Source of the DNA: Rhizobiaceae bacterium
Lineage (GTDB): Bacteria > Pseudomonadota > Alphaproteobacteria > Rhizobiales > Rhizobiaceae
NCBI GenBank assembly: GCA_016763155.1
Contig: JAESUH010000070.1
Location: 2,507-66,506, forward strand
Direction of reading: 5' to 3'
Length of the DNA stretch: 64,000 bases
The notes below the pieces were generated by a model. The model was not told the origin of the DNA, did no database searches, and saw nothing but the letters and a program-made list of their open reading frames with translations. This document shows, in pieces, positions 1-10,787 of the stretch. How positions within the stretch are numbered: position 1 is the stretch's first letter; every line of letters begins with the position of its first letter. A program made the position numbers and the translations under genes.

Positions 1-194
1 CCGAAATATGCCTCGGTGTCGAGATATTCATCCAGTTCTTCGAACCCCAGAACAAGCGGGAAGGGGTGACCCTCAAGGCGCATGTCCTGAATTGCCGCAG
101 CAAGAGTGATGATTGAGATTGTGAGAGGTCCGCCAGAAATAGTCAGGTGCTGGACATCGTCGCCGTTTGGCATTTTACCGAAAGTATTTGTCAT
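1..194 (-). CDS. Hypothetical protein, 5' part only (continues beyond the window edge)
   Basis: Minus-strand ATG at 194-192 overlaps the TGA stop (193-191) of the upstream FG-GAP gene as ATGA. It reads MTNTFGKMPNGDDVQHLTISGGPL... and is open to position 1. I recognise no family. Confidence 0.4.
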   Translation of the reverse strand, partial: MTNTFGKMPNGDDVQHLTISGGPLTISIITLAAAIQDMRLEGHPFPLVLGFEELDEYLDTEAYF

Positions 195-1807
195 TGTGGG
201 AACCAATATTTTGGAATGTTGTCATTCTTTTTAATGACCACAAACTGATTTGCAAAAACCCTGTAAGGGGCGCTCCATGAATCATCGGGCCATTTGACCC
301 GGATATTTGCCCGCTCCGCTACGCCCAGGCCAACATGAATAAAACCAAGACTGCCGGATGCATGACCGCCACCGACGCCGACTTTTCGAACGCGGTTATT
401 ATTGCCGGACTTGATGGAGATGGTTGCTCCGATGGCATTTTTGTTTGGTCCGTCCTGCTGCAATTCGATTTGAACCCAATTGCCCATGGGGCGCGGGGAA
501 TTAGGGGCATCGCCACCCAGATTTGCAAACAGACTTACTGGCACTTCTCGATTGACCACGATCAGATCAAGCATACCATCCATGTTAAGATCAACAATGG
601 CTGCGCCGCGGCCGCGGGTATTTAAGCCGATTCCTGCTTTTTTCCCCGCTTCCTTAAACTTGCCGTCAAACTGTCCAAGCAGCATATTGTCGGGGTCATT
701 AGCTGTGAAATCTTTCATTTCAGCGACATTTCCCTTGGCAATAAAAAGGTCAAGTATGCCGTCATTATTGAAATCTGCAAACTCTGAATGCCAGCCAGTT
801 GAGGGTTTGAGGTCACCCCCCATATAGGGCCGGTGAGCCGTGGCGCCGCGCTCCCAGGCAATATCCAGATAGGCTGGTGCGCCATCTGCGTCACGGTCCA
901 GCATCTGGATTTTTGTGTCACCCATAGAGGTCAGGGCGTATTCGGGGAGGCCGTCACCATTGATATCAGCTTCTGCAATTCCCATGCCCCAGATGGTTAG
1001 TTTTTGCCAGCCATCCGCTCTGGTGTAGAGCTTGGGTGTTTTTTCCATTTTCCACATCTGCTCTTCGCCGCCACGATAGTATTGGCGGTCATTGGAAATA
1101 CGAAGAGCCGGTGTTCCTGATTTATTCCAGTCGGTGAAAATCATCGACAAGGCACAATATCCCGGAGTCAGCGCCAGCCTGTTGGAATAGTTGATGGTGG
1201 TGCCGGGGTTTGGGCGGTAGAGGAAATTGTCGTGGCAAGTGCCCCAAGGTGATCCCGGAGCATCGCGATCCACATAATTGCCGATTGCAAGGGTCGGGAA
1301 TTCTGCACCCTCTTCATGGGTTGCGGCAAAGGCTACGGACCATGCCTTGCCACCATCAAAAGCAAATTCTTCATTTGCTTTGGTGAAGCTGCAATCGGGG
1401 CCACCTTTTAGAAGAAGGTTTTCGCCAACACGCAAAAATATCAGATCCTTGAAACCGTCATTATTGATATCCAGAGGATAAACGCCGGTGACTTTTTTAA
1501 GTTCTTTTTCTGTGAGGTTTAGGCTTTTGAATTCGAATTTGAGGGCACCGCCCGTGCTGCTTTTATTGACGAATAATTGTGCCGGGTTGGTGCCGCCTGC
1601 CAAGGCAATATCGGGTCGTCGATCGCCATTGCAATCGAATGTCGCAACACCGCCGCCAACGAAATATTCCCAAGGCCCGGCATAGGTGTGATTGACGCCG
1701 GCCTGTTTTGCCTGTTCCTGCATGATAGGAACGTCCTGGGTTTCCGCCGCCAATGTGGCGGTAGAATAGAGCGCGAGGGCTGTAAAAAAGGAAACGAAGT
1801 TTCTCAT
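191..1807 (-). CDS. Secreted FG-GAP/VCBS-repeat beta-propeller protein with an ASPIC/UnbV-like C-terminus (CRTAC1 family)
   Basis: N-terminal signal peptide (MRNFVSFFTALALYSTATLAA). Repeated D-x-N-x-D-G-x-x-D calcium-type FG-GAP motifs (DINNDGFKD, DINGDGLPE, DFNNDGILD, DLNMDGMLD). C-terminal GGGHASG block typical of UnbV/ASPIC. ATGA overlap with the upstream gene. Confidence 0.75.
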   Translation of the reverse strand: MRNFVSFFTALALYSTATLAAETQDVPIMQEQAKQAGVNHTYAGPWEYFVGGGVATFDCNGDRRPDIALAGGTNPAQLFVNKSSTGGALKFEFKSLNLTEKELKKVTGVYPLDINNDGFKDLIFLRVGENLLLKGGPDCSFTKANEEFAFDGGKAWSVAFAATHEEGAEFPTLAIGNYVDRDAPGSPWGTCHDNFLYRPNPGTTINYSNRLALTPGYCALSMIFTDWNKSGTPALRISNDRQYYRGGEEQMWKMEKTPKLYTRADGWQKLTIWGMGIAEADINGDGLPEYALTSMGDTKIQMLDRDADGAPAYLDIAWERGATAHRPYMGGDLKPSTGWHSEFADFNNDGILDLFIAKGNVAEMKDFTANDPDNMLLGQFDGKFKEAGKKAGIGLNTRGRGAAIVDLNMDGMLDLIVVNREVPVSLFANLGGDAPNSPRPMGNWVQIELQQDGPNKNAIGATISIKSGNNNRVRKVGVGGGHASGSLGFIHVGLGVAERANIRVKWPDDSWSAPYRVFANQFVVIKKNDNIPKYWFPQ

Positions 1808-3216
1808 TGTTCAATCACCAACGTTTTTAGGAATGCAATAATGTTGTCACGGTCATCCTCGCTTAGAGCCATGTAATTGTCCCGCGATTGTTTCGCCTCG
1901 CCCCCATGGGCTTCGATAACTTCTCGCAACGTTGTCATGTCGCCGCGATGGCCATAGGGGCCAGTGGATGCGATGCCCCACAATTCACTCGTTGCAAATA
2001 CGCTGCGTTCAACAAAACGCTGGGAGAGGAGTTCATTGCCAAATTTATCGTTTTCAGCGTCCGTCATCGCGTGGCGTTTCAAATCACCAAACAGAGGCAC
2101 CATGAATTGGCCTTTGTCGTTTTTTGCAAGCTTCGTTGCCCAGCCGCGCAAGGCCAGATCATAAATGGCAGAGGCTTTTACTTCGCTGTCGCGAGTGGTG
2201 CCAGCTGCATCTACGGGGCCAGGATCAGAAAATTGTAAACTGTTGAGAGGCAGCGCTTTGATGTGGCAGCTCGAACATCGGATATCATCAAACAATGCGT
2301 CGCCTTTGGCCGCTGCTGTTTGCCAGACTTCTTGTTTGGGTTTTAATCGGGTTGGTGGCGCTAATGTGGCCTGCCATGCGACCAGAGCGGATATATCACC
2401 GGGCAATAATTCATTGGTAATGCCATCCTTGTCAAAATCATCTTCACCAGTCCAGCGTGTGCCGAAGCGTTCAACTGCCTGCATGCCGTGGTGGTGGTTG
2501 AGGGCGTTGATGGTAAACTGGCGCAGGGAGGTCATCACACCTTTTTGGCTGAAAGGGCGAATGACCAGATCCGTATCCAGTCCGTCCAGTTGCGAAAGAT
2601 CAACAAGACCATCAGGTGATGCCGACAACGTGCCGAAATCAACACCCTTTGTTGTCAGAGAAATTTCGACGGTTTTGTTGTTTTTACGCGCCTCATTTAA
2701 AGCCTGTTTTCGCAAGGCTACCAGATCGGCAGTCATCTCGCGGGCAAGTAATTCTATCAGCCCGGACCCCAGAACGTGGTTGGTGTTGCGTTCATTTGAA
2801 AACTGCGGATCGATGGAATCAGAACCTTGACTGTTGAACCCTTCTGATACGAAAACATTGGATACGAAATTTCCAGCCCCGCCGATAATTGGTTCATTGT
2901 GGCAGCTGGAGCAGGCATTGGAGTCGGTTCCGGTTACGCGGTTGAACTGTTGGGATGGCGGGCGTTTGCGCTTTGTTGGAATAATGGCCTGGGTAGCCAT
3001 TGGTCTGCCTGCGCCATCGGGCGTGGTGAATTTAGCAGAAAACAGTGCTTCACCCTGCTCTACCAATTGGTCCAGGGCCTGTTTGGATAAAACTCCCTGA
3101 GGCATTGGCACGTGGCCGCTGATGGCATTTTCCGACCATGGTTTATCAGCGGCAAGGCCAGAATTTGCATATAGCACAAGGGCGAAGAACGTGGCTGTTC
3201 GTAGTTTAAACTGCAA
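1804..3216 (-). CDS. DUF1111-family di-haem cytochrome c (peroxidase-like / thiol oxidoreductase-like) periplasmic protein
   Basis: Signal peptide; two CxxCH haem-binding motifs (ACSSCHNEP and RCSSCHIKAL); length about 470 aa. A TTG start at 3216 is needed to include the signal peptide, and it overlaps the 3' end of the ROK gene by 11 nt. Confidence 0.75.
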   Translation of the reverse strand: MQFKLRTATFFALVLYANSGLAADKPWSENAISGHVPMPQGVLSKQALDQLVEQGEALFSAKFTTPDGAGRPMATQAIIPTKRKRPPSQQFNRVTGTDSNACSSCHNEPIIGGAGNFVSNVFVSEGFNSQGSDSIDPQFSNERNTNHVLGSGLIELLAREMTADLVALRKQALNEARKNNKTVEISLTTKGVDFGTLSASPDGLVDLSQLDGLDTDLVIRPFSQKGVMTSLRQFTINALNHHHGMQAVERFGTRWTGEDDFDKDGITNELLPGDISALVAWQATLAPPTRLKPKQEVWQTAAAKGDALFDDIRCSSCHIKALPLNSLQFSDPGPVDAAGTTRDSEVKASAIYDLALRGWATKLAKNDKGQFMVPLFGDLKRHAMTDAENDKFGNELLSQRFVERSVFATSELWGIASTGPYGHRGDMTTLREVIEAHGGEAKQSRDNYMALSEDDRDNIIAFLKTLVIEQ

Positions 3217-4435
3217 TTTTCAACACCTTTCCATTGTTAGAATTGATATTCTTATCCACTTCAATCAGCGCTGTTACCGCACAGCCATCGCTAATTAGGG
3301 GATTTTTGTCTTCGTAAAATCGCATGGATATTTGGTCTGGTTGGAACGACATGGGCATTTCACCAATCGCTGCCCTAATAGAATTTTCCAGCAGGTCCTT
3401 TGCCTTCGATCCGGTGCCAACAAAAGCAATTGGAAAAGGGTCAAGCAAGGCAAACAGGCTGGCAAGCCCGGCACCTATTGCTGAACCAGCCCGATCATAG
3501 GATGATTTTGCCAGAGCTACATTGTCGTGCGCTTGAGCAATGATCTCATCCATTTCGTTTTGAGATATATCGCTGCAAGGCTCGCTGTTATCGCCTAACA
3601 TTTTTGCGTTGCGATAAATGGCGTATTCGCTCGCATATGCTTCAATGCAACCGTGCCTACCGCAACGGCAAAGCGCGCCGTTTGGAATATACGTCATATG
3701 ACCGAATTCGGTGGCGGAAGAGCGTTTACCCTGAACAAGTTCGCCATTGTGGTAGAGGCCCATGCCGATGCCCTGTGACAATAGGATAGCTGCAAAATCG
3801 GAATGAAACAGCTCAGGTTCATTCCAACGCAAAGCCTGGGCAATCATATTACAGTCATTGTGAACACTGACGGGCACTCTGAAGACCGGTTCAAGGGATT
3901 GTTTGATCTGCAATTCCTGATGCTGGATTATGGGAGACCAACGCAATTTGGTTGCGTGAATATCTGTTGCACCTTGAACCCCGACAGCCACATGGCGCAG
4001 TTGGTCTGTGGAAATTCCTGCGGTCCGCATTCCAGCGAGAAAGAAGCCTGCCAGCTTCTCCAACAGGGTTTCAGATGAAATTGTCGTGGTTTCAAGGGTG
4101 ATCTCGTCAGTAAAGATTGTGCTCCCCTGATAATCGGCAATCGACATCATGATATGATTGAGTTGTAAAACGATTACGCCGACGCAGGCAAATTCTGGAT
4201 TGAATGTTAGCGTGACTCTTGGCCTGCCCCGTGAATTTGTGGTTTTTGGTGCCTCCTTGCGAAGCAGTACATTTCGCTCAAGTAAGTCAGCGGTAATAGC
4301 GGTGATCGTTGCAGCACTTAACCCTGTGTATTGAGCAAGTTTAGTGCGAGACATGCTGCCCTTCATGCGAAGAATGGCCATGATTTTTGCACGATTTTGT
4401 GTCCGGACATCGTCAGAACGAACTATATTTGCCAT
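3206..4435 (-). CDS. ROK-family transcriptional regulator (NagC/XylR-like)
   Basis: N-terminal winged-HTH (RTKLAQYTGLSAATITAITADL) plus a ROK sugar-kinase-like fold with the Cys-rich zinc motif (GALCRCGRHGCIEAY). Preferred start is ATG 4435, preceded by AGGAGG with a 6-nt spacer; the ORF-track TTG at 4459 is less likely. Divergent from xylF. Confidence 0.85.
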   Translation of the reverse strand: MANIVRSDDVRTQNRAKIMAILRMKGSMSRTKLAQYTGLSAATITAITADLLERNVLLRKEAPKTTNSRGRPRVTLTFNPEFACVGVIVLQLNHIMMSIADYQGSTIFTDEITLETTTISSETLLEKLAGFFLAGMRTAGISTDQLRHVAVGVQGATDIHATKLRWSPIIQHQELQIKQSLEPVFRVPVSVHNDCNMIAQALRWNEPELFHSDFAAILLSQGIGMGLYHNGELVQGKRSSATEFGHMTYIPNGALCRCGRHGCIEAYASEYAIYRNAKMLGDNSEPCSDISQNEMDEIIAQAHDNVALAKSSYDRAGSAIGAGLASLFALLDPFPIAFVGTGSKAKDLLENSIRAAIGEMPMSFQPDQISMRFYEDKNPLISDGCAVTALIEVDKNINSNNGKVLKIAV

Positions 4436-4487
4436 TTGGTTCCTCCTAATCCTCACCAATTACATATTCCAAATTCTGAAATACAAG

Positions 4488-4516
4488 TTGACACATTCGA
4501 AAACTTGAGTCACTAT
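4488..4516 (+). promoter_or_regulatory. Candidate sigma70-type promoter for xylF (-35 TTGACA, 17-nt spacer, -10 CACTAT)
   Basis: TTGACA at 4488-4493 and CACTAT at 4511-4516 in the ROK/xylF divergent intergenic region. The -10 is a weak match. Confidence 0.3.
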
Positions 4517-4646
4517 TTTTTTTGAGGCTCGAATTAAAGAGCTTTTTGATGGTTGTGGGAGGGAACTTCAACCATTTCGTTCACCAAAAATAGTGCGCCT
4601 TGGGCGTATTAACAATGAAATGCGTTATGCGCATAGGGAGAATTTT

Positions 4647-5696
4647 ATGAAAAAACTTAGTACCGCCCTTATGGGTGCTGTATTTGCTGCGTCACTTGCT
4701 GGCTTTGCAGGAAATGCTATTGCAGCTGGCAAAACTATTGCCGTGTCTTGGAAAATTTTCCAGGAAGAACGCTGGAAAAGAGATGAAGCTGTTATCAAGG
4801 CAATCGTTGAAGCTGCTGGTGACAAATATATTTCTTCCGATGCACAGGGTTCTGCAGCTAAGCAGTTGACCGATATCGAATCTCTGATTGCTCAGGGTGC
4901 TGATGTTCTTTTGATCGTGCCTTTCGATTCCGAAGCCATTCTTCCTGCTGTTGATAAAGCTTCTGCTGAAGGCATTCCTATGATTGCCTATGATGTTCAG
5001 ATCGAGCATCCAGATTCACTTTACGTCACTTTCGACAACATTGGCGTTGGCCGTTTGATGGCTAAAGAAATGCTGAAAGTTAAAGACAGCGGAAACTTTG
5101 CCTTCATTAAAGGTGATCCAGGCGATCCAAATGCTACATTCTTGTTCCAGGGTATCATGGAAGTTTTGAAACCAAACATGGATGCCGGCAAAATCAAAAA
5201 CGTTGGCGAAGCATTCTCCGATGGTTGGAAGCCTGAAAATGCACAGCGCAACATGGAACAGATGCTTACAGCTAACGACAACAAAATCGATGCTGTGATT
5301 TCTGAAAATGATGGCATGGCTGGTGGCGTTGTTGCAGCACTTGCTGCACAGGGCATGGCCGGTACAGTTCCTGTAACAGGTCAGGATGGCGATCTTGCTG
5401 CTCTTAACCGTGTTGCAATTGGTACTCAGCTTGTATCAATCTGGAAAGATAGCCGCGCGCTTGGTAAAGTTGCTGCAGAAGCTGCTTTGATGCTTGCTAA
5501 TGGCAAAGCACTGAAAGACATTCCTGGTACTGCACCATTCTCAGGTGGCAAACGCGGTGTAACCGTTACTTCAATCCTGCTTGCTCCAACAGCAATCACC
5601 AAAGACACTCTTGGTAAAGTGATTGATGCTGGCTGGATCGACAAAGCAACTGCTTGTGCCGGTGCTGATGCTGCAATGGTTAGCGCTTGTAAATAA
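4647..5696 (+). CDS. xylF: D-xylose ABC transporter substrate-binding protein
   Basis: Signal peptide MKKLSTALMGAVFAASLAGFAGNAIA. Periplasmic sugar-binding (family 1 / CUT2) sequence. ATG 4647 is preceded by AGGGAG. Lies in a xylFHG-xylB-xylA context. Confidence 0.85.
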   Translation: MKKLSTALMGAVFAASLAGFAGNAIAAGKTIAVSWKIFQEERWKRDEAVIKAIVEAAGDKYISSDAQGSAAKQLTDIESLIAQGADVLLIVPFDSEAILPAVDKASAEGIPMIAYDVQIEHPDSLYVTFDNIGVGRLMAKEMLKVKDSGNFAFIKGDPGDPNATFLFQGIMEVLKPNMDAGKIKNVGEAFSDGWKPENAQRNMEQMLTANDNKIDAVISENDGMAGGVVAALAAQGMAGTVPVTGQDGDLAALNRVAIGTQLVSIWKDSRALGKVAAEAALMLANGKALKDIPGTAPFSGGKRGVTVTSILLAPTAITKDTLGKVIDAGWIDKATACAGADAAMVSACK

Positions 5697-5723
5697 GCTG
5701 TCAGCTAATTGAACTAAATATAA

Positions 5724-5758
5724 GCCGCGCCACCTCATTCAGGCGGCGCGGTTTTTTA
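5724..5758 (+). terminator. Rho-independent hairpin plus T-tract after xylF (intra-operon attenuator)
   Basis: Stem CCGCGCC (5725-5731) / GGCGCGG (5745-5751), followed by TTTTTT (5752-5757). Confidence 0.7.
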
Positions 5759-5812
5759 TCACTCTTTTATTTGAGCCATTAGTGCTTTTATGAATTCACC
5801 CGGGAGAACTTT

Positions 5813-7135
5813 ATGTCAGGTGATGCGCCAAATAACCGCCAAGAGAATGAAATTAAAGAAAGCGCTGTAATACGTTTTCTAAGGGCAACCGAAGTCGATA
5901 CCAGAATGTTGGGAATGATCGGTGCGCTTGTTTTGATCTGGGTTGGTTTTCATTATTACGGTAAAATATTTAATGGTTATGGCGCGTTTTTGACGCCGCG
6001 AAACCTTTGGAACCTATCAGTTCAAACCTCATCTATCGCTGTGATGGCGACCGGGATGGTGTTGGTGATTGTGACCAGACATATTGATTTGTCCGTGGGT
6101 TCCCTGCTTGGGGTTACTGCCATGGTTATGGGGGTAATACAGGTTTGGGTTTTGCCGCAGTTTTTAGGACTGGGTAGCCCCTATATCTGGATCATTACAG
6201 TTGCTGCCGGTTTGGCTTTTGGTGCACTGATTGGTGCATTTCACGGCCTGTTGATTGCCTATCTGGGTATCCCGGCCTTCATTGTAACGCTTGGCGGACT
6301 ATTGGTTTGGCGTGGCTCTGCCTGGTGGGTAGCGCGCGGTGAAACCATTGCACCGGTTGATGCAACATTTGCACTCATTGGTGGTGGTCCTTATGGCACG
6401 GTTGGTGCCACGGGTAGCTGGATTGTGGGGCTGCTTGGCTGTCTTGGCGTTGTCTTCCTGCTGGTTTCGGGCCGAAAACAGCGTGTCAGATTTGGGTTTC
6501 CCCTTCGTCCCGTGTGGGCGGAATGGTTGATTGGTGCGGTTGGTTCCGCGTTAATAATCGGCGCTGTTTTGGTGATGAACGCATATCCATGGCCGAAAGG
6601 TATTATCAAACGCTATGCGGCTGACAATAATATCGAAATTCCTGATGGTGGCATTTTCATATCTCACGGTTTTGCAATTCCGGTATTGATTGCGATTGCG
6701 GTTGGTATCTTTATGACCTTCCTGACCACGCGAACCAGATTCGGGCGCTATGTGTTTGCCATTGGTGGCAATCCGGAAGCAGCCGAACTTGCGGGTATTA
6801 ATACCAAGCGCATGACCATGTTGATCTTTGCCCTGATGGGCGGATTGACCGGTATTTCAGCAGTGATTGCCAGTGCGCGGCTAAATTCAGCAACCAATGC
6901 GCTGGGCCAATTTGACGAACTCTACGTGATTGCAGCAGCGGTTATCGGGGGAACTTCATTTGCTGGTGGTATTGGCACAATCTACGGAGCCATGCTGGGA
7001 GCGCTGGTGATGCAATCTTTGCAATCAGGCATGGTGCTTGTGGGCTTTGATTCAGCCATCCAGCAAATAGTGGTTGGCTGTGTTCTCGTGACTGCCGTTT
7101 ATATCGATACCCTGTATCGCAAGAATTCGACGTGA
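5813..7135 (+). CDS. xylH: Xylose ABC transporter permease
   Basis: Polytopic membrane protein of the CUT2 permease type (AraH/XylH-like). GGGAGA RBS. Adjacent to xylF and xylG. Confidence 0.85.
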   Translation: MSGDAPNNRQENEIKESAVIRFLRATEVDTRMLGMIGALVLIWVGFHYYGKIFNGYGAFLTPRNLWNLSVQTSSIAVMATGMVLVIVTRHIDLSVGSLLGVTAMVMGVIQVWVLPQFLGLGSPYIWIITVAAGLAFGALIGAFHGLLIAYLGIPAFIVTLGGLLVWRGSAWWVARGETIAPVDATFALIGGGPYGTVGATGSWIVGLLGCLGVVFLLVSGRKQRVRFGFPLRPVWAEWLIGAVGSALIIGAVLVMNAYPWPKGIIKRYAADNNIEIPDGGIFISHGFAIPVLIAIAVGIFMTFLTTRTRFGRYVFAIGGNPEAAELAGINTKRMTMLIFALMGGLTGISAVIASARLNSATNALGQFDELYVIAAAVIGGTSFAGGIGTIYGAMLGALVMQSLQSGMVLVGFDSAIQQIVVGCVLVTAVYIDTLYRKNST

Positions 7136-7136
7136 G

Positions 7137-7937
7137 GTGAATAGAATGAACGCAACAGCAACAAATTCTGTGCCCATGGTTGAGATGAGAGACATCTCTA
7201 TCGCTTTTGGCGGGATCAAGGCGGTGGATCATGCCTCCGTTGAATTGTTCCCTAGTGAAGTGGTGGGCCTGCTCGGACATAATGGGGCGGGGAAATCCAC
7301 CCTTATTAAAATACTGTCCGGGGCTTATACTCGTGATACGGGCGAAATTCGCATTAATGGTGAAATTGCCCATATTGAAAATCCACGTGATGCCAAAGGC
7401 TATGGCATTGAAACCATCTACCAGACCTTGGCCTTGGCCGATAATCTGGATGCGGCGGCAAATCTCTTTTTGGGACGCGAATTGCGCACCAAATGGGGAA
7501 CGCTGGATGATGCGGCGATGGAATCTCGAGCCCGCCAAGTGATGGGTCGGCTTAATCCAAGATTTGAAAAATTCAAGGATCCTGTGAAGGCGCTATCCGG
7601 CGGACAGCGTCAATCCGTGGCGATCGCGCGGGCGATTTTGTTCAATGCCAGAATTTTGGTGATGGATGAACCGACAGCAGCTTTAGGCCCAGAGGAAACT
7701 GCGCAAGTTGCGGATCTTATTTTGCAGTTGAAAAAAGACGGTATCGGTATCTTCCTGATCAGTCACGATATTGAAGATGTGTTTGCATTGGCTGACCGGG
7801 TGGTTGTGATGAAGAACGGTGCCATTGTTGGAACAGCTAATACCGATGACGTCACCAAGGATGAAGTCCTGGGGATGATTATTGCCGGGAAGTGTCCGGC
7901 GAAAGCGATTTCTGGTCCCGGCGCAATAGTAGACTAA
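7137..7937 (+). CDS. xylG: Sugar (xylose) ABC transporter ATP-binding protein, single-cassette form
   Basis: Walker [10 protein letters not shown], signature LSGGQRQ, Walker [11 protein letters not shown]. Only one nucleotide-binding domain (about 265 aa). Start is GTG 7137 or ATG 7146. Confidence 0.8.
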   Translation: MNRMNATATNSVPMVEMRDISIAFGGIKAVDHASVELFPSEVVGLLGHNGAGKSTLIKILSGAYTRDTGEIRINGEIAHIENPRDAKGYGIETIYQTLALADNLDAAANLFLGRELRTKWGTLDDAAMESRARQVMGRLNPRFEKFKDPVKALSGGQRQSVAIARAILFNARILVMDEPTAALGPEETAQVADLILQLKKDGIGIFLISHDIEDVFALADRVVVMKNGAIVGTANTDDVTKDEVLGMIIAGKCPAKAISGPGAIVD

Positions 7938-7979
7938 TCTGTTTTTAACAGATTGCGGCAATATCGAGGAGTGGATCAA

Positions 7980-9440
7980 ATGTATTTAGGCATTGATCTT
8001 GGCACATCCAGCGTGAAAGCGCTGTTGATGGATGAAAATCAATTGATCATCGGTTCTGCAAGTGCAGGGCTTGAAGTTCATCGGCCCCATACTGGCTGGA
8101 GCGAGCAGAACCCTGCCGATTGGGTTGACGCGACCCTCAAGGCGGTTGGTCAACTTGCTCGCGACCACGCCAAAGCGGTGAAAAAAGTTCGCGGCATCGG
8201 CCTTTCCGGCCATATGCACGGGGCAACTTTGCTGGATAAGGATGATAAAGTCATCCGGCCCTGCATATTGTGGAATGATACCAGAAGCCATTTGGAAGCA
8301 GCAGAACTGGATGCCAATCCGTTATTTCGCTCGCTTTCTGGGAATATTGTATTTCCAGGGTTCACGGCTCCAAAATTGCTTTGGGTCAAAAATAACGAGC
8401 CGGAGAATTTTGATAAAGTTGCAAAAGCCCTGCTGCCTAAAGATTTTCTCAGGCTTTGGCTGACGGGCGAAATGGTATCGGAACCTTCCGATGCTTCCGG
8501 TACAAGCTGGCTTGATGTGGCTAATCGCGACTGGTCGGAAGAATTGCTTAAGGCAAGCGGCATGGAACGCTCGCAAATGCCTGATTTGGTGGAAGGTAGC
8601 GAAGTCAGTGGTATGCTTCGACCTGATCTGGCCAAGGCATGGGGCATGGAGATGGGCGAGGGGCGCGGTGTTATCGTTGCCGGTGGTGGCGGTGATAATG
8701 CGGCATCGGCCATAGGCATGGGCATTGTGGAAGCGGGTTCAGCCTTCCTTTCTCTTGGCACATCCGGCGTATTATTTGCGGCAAATGATAGTTATTTGCC
8801 AAACCCTGAAAGTGCCGTTCATGCATTTTGTCACGCCTTGCCAAATTGCTGGCATCAAATGGGTGTGATTTTATCGGCCACCGATTGTCTCAACTGGTAT
8901 TCTGGTATTACCGGAATGGCGCTTGAAAAGTTGACCGGAGAATTGGGTGAAATCTTGAAGCCACCCACGGGAACAACCTTCCTTCCTTACCTTTCCGGCG
9001 AAAGAACGCCCCATAATGATGCTGCTATTCGAGGTGGCTTTTATGGGCTGGAACATGCCAGCGGCAGGGCGGATTTGACGCAAAGTGTACTGGCAGGTGT
9101 CGGTTTTGCCTTTCGCGATTGTCTTGAGGCCTTGCGTGCAGCGGGCACAAATATTGAGCGGGTCACTGCTGTCGGCGGTGGTTCCAATTCAATTTACTGG
9201 TTGAAAGCCATTTCTAGCATTATCAATCTGCCGATTGATTTGCCAGCTGATGGCGACAATGGAGCAGCCTTTGGGGCTGCACGACTTGGGTTGATGGCGG
9301 CTGAAAAAGTTGACCCGTCTGAGATTTGTACCCAGGCAGAAACCGTACGCACACTTGAACCAGATGCAGACCTAACAAGTAAATTTGACGAAGCCTATGG
9401 GCGCTTCACATCACTCTATCCAGCAATAAAGGGCCTTTAA
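7980..9440 (+). CDS. xylB: Xylulokinase
   Basis: FGGY kinase N-terminus [16 protein letters not shown]; about 485 aa; located between xylG and xylA. Confidence 0.9.
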   Translation: MYLGIDLGTSSVKALLMDENQLIIGSASAGLEVHRPHTGWSEQNPADWVDATLKAVGQLARDHAKAVKKVRGIGLSGHMHGATLLDKDDKVIRPCILWNDTRSHLEAAELDANPLFRSLSGNIVFPGFTAPKLLWVKNNEPENFDKVAKALLPKDFLRLWLTGEMVSEPSDASGTSWLDVANRDWSEELLKASGMERSQMPDLVEGSEVSGMLRPDLAKAWGMEMGEGRGVIVAGGGGDNAASAIGMGIVEAGSAFLSLGTSGVLFAANDSYLPNPESAVHAFCHALPNCWHQMGVILSATDCLNWYSGITGMALEKLTGELGEILKPPTGTTFLPYLSGERTPHNDAAIRGGFYGLEHASGRADLTQSVLAGVGFAFRDCLEALRAAGTNIERVTAVGGGSNSIYWLKAISSIINLPIDLPADGDNGAAFGAARLGLMAAEKVDPSEICTQAETVRTLEPDADLTSKFDEAYGRFTSLYPAIKGL

Positions 9441-9441
9441 C

Positions 9442-10764
9442 ATGACCACCGGATTCTTTGGCGATATCACTTCCATTCCCTTTGAGGGGCCATCAAGCAC
9501 CAACCCATTGGCATTCAAACATTATGATCCAAATGAAATGGTTGCAGGCAAGCGGATGGAAGACCATTTACGTTTTGCTATTTGCTATTGGCATTCTTTT
9601 TGCTGGCCGGGCGATGACCCGTTTGGCGGCCAGACCTTTGACCGCCCCTGGTTTCCAGACCGTATGTCTGATCCTATGGCTGCGGCTAAACTGAAGGCAG
9701 ATGTGGCCTTTGAAATGTTTTCTGCACTGGGAGCACCCTATTTTTGTTTCCATGATGCAGACGTTCGCCCTGAAGGGGCAAACTTTGCCGAGAACACAAA
9801 AAACCTGAATGAGATTGTCGATTATTTTGAAGGTAAGATGGCCGATACTGGCATCAAGCTTTTATGGGGCACAGCCAACCTCTTTTCCAACCGGCGTTAT
9901 ATGTCTGGCGCGGGCAGTAATCCTGATCCAGATGTGTTTGCCTTTGCCGCTGCAACTGTAAAAACTTGTCTTGATGCCACAATGCGTCTTGGCGGTGAGA
10001 ACTATGTGCTTTGGGGTGGACGCGAAGGGTACGAAACCTTGCTCAACACCAATATGGGTTCCGAGATGGATCAACTCGGTCGCTTCTTTAATCTGGTGGT
10101 GGAATATAAACACAAGATCGGATTTAAAGGCACAATCCTGATTGAACCCAAGCCCCAGGAACCAACCAAGCATCAATATGATTATGATGTAGCAACGGTT
10201 TACGGCTTCCTGAAACGCTACGGCCTAGAAGACGAGGTTCGGGTTAATATCGAACAGGGTCATGCAATTCTTGCCGGGCATTCTTTCGAACATGAATTGG
10301 CAACTGCTAATGCGTTAGGAATTTTTGGTTCTATTGATATGAACCGCAATGATTATCAATCAGGTTGGGATACGGATCAGTTCCCGAATAACGTGCCTGA
10401 AATGGCCATTGCCTATTATCACATTATGCAGGCTGGCGGATTTACCACTGGTGGCACCAATTTTGATTCCAAACTGCGTCGCCAATCAATTTCGCCAGAT
10501 GATTTGTTGATCGGCCATATTGGCGGCATGGATTGCTGCGCACGCGGGGTGAAAGCTGCCCTTGCAATGGTTGAAGATAAAGCACTCTCATCGATTGTTG
10601 ATGAGCGTTATAGCGGATGGAAAAAACCAGAAGCAGACAAAATGCTGACGGGTGGATTCTCGTTGGGCGAGATTGCGGAATGGGTGGAAAAAGCCGATAT
10701 TAATCCGCAACCGAAATCCGGTCGTCAGGAATTGCTGGAAAATATTGTCAATCGTTACGTATAG
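9442..10764 (+). CDS. xylA: Xylose isomerase
   Basis: 440 aa. Classic XylA blocks ([53 protein letters not shown]). Confidence 0.95.
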   Translation: MTTGFFGDITSIPFEGPSSTNPLAFKHYDPNEMVAGKRMEDHLRFAICYWHSFCWPGDDPFGGQTFDRPWFPDRMSDPMAAAKLKADVAFEMFSALGAPYFCFHDADVRPEGANFAENTKNLNEIVDYFEGKMADTGIKLLWGTANLFSNRRYMSGAGSNPDPDVFAFAAATVKTCLDATMRLGGENYVLWGGREGYETLLNTNMGSEMDQLGRFFNLVVEYKHKIGFKGTILIEPKPQEPTKHQYDYDVATVYGFLKRYGLEDEVRVNIEQGHAILAGHSFEHELATANALGIFGSIDMNRNDYQSGWDTDQFPNNVPEMAIAYYHIMQAGGFTTGGTNFDSKLRRQSISPDDLLIGHIGGMDCCARGVKAALAMVEDKALSSIVDERYSGWKKPEADKMLTGGFSLGEIAEWVEKADINPQPKSGRQELLENIVNRYV

Positions 10765-10787
10765 TAGCGAAAAGGTGGGAGAAGCTC

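Noticed and set aside
7936-7954. AATCTGTT-ttt-AACAGATT hairpin after xylG, considered as a terminator.
   Set aside because: The stem is AT-rich with a 3-nt loop and no T-tract, and xylB follows immediately and is clearly part of the same operon. At most it is a minor mRNA structure.
8150-8761. 203-aa minus-strand ORF inside xylB. Similar long antisense or alternative-frame ORFs occur at 24439-25155, 10917-11417, 2165-2830, 6942-7538 and 46201-46680.
   Set aside because: These lie entirely within well-supported genes on the opposite strand or in another frame. Their compositions are low-complexity and rich in Pro, Ser, Arg or Ala, and I recognise no family or RBS. They are typical shadow ORFs.
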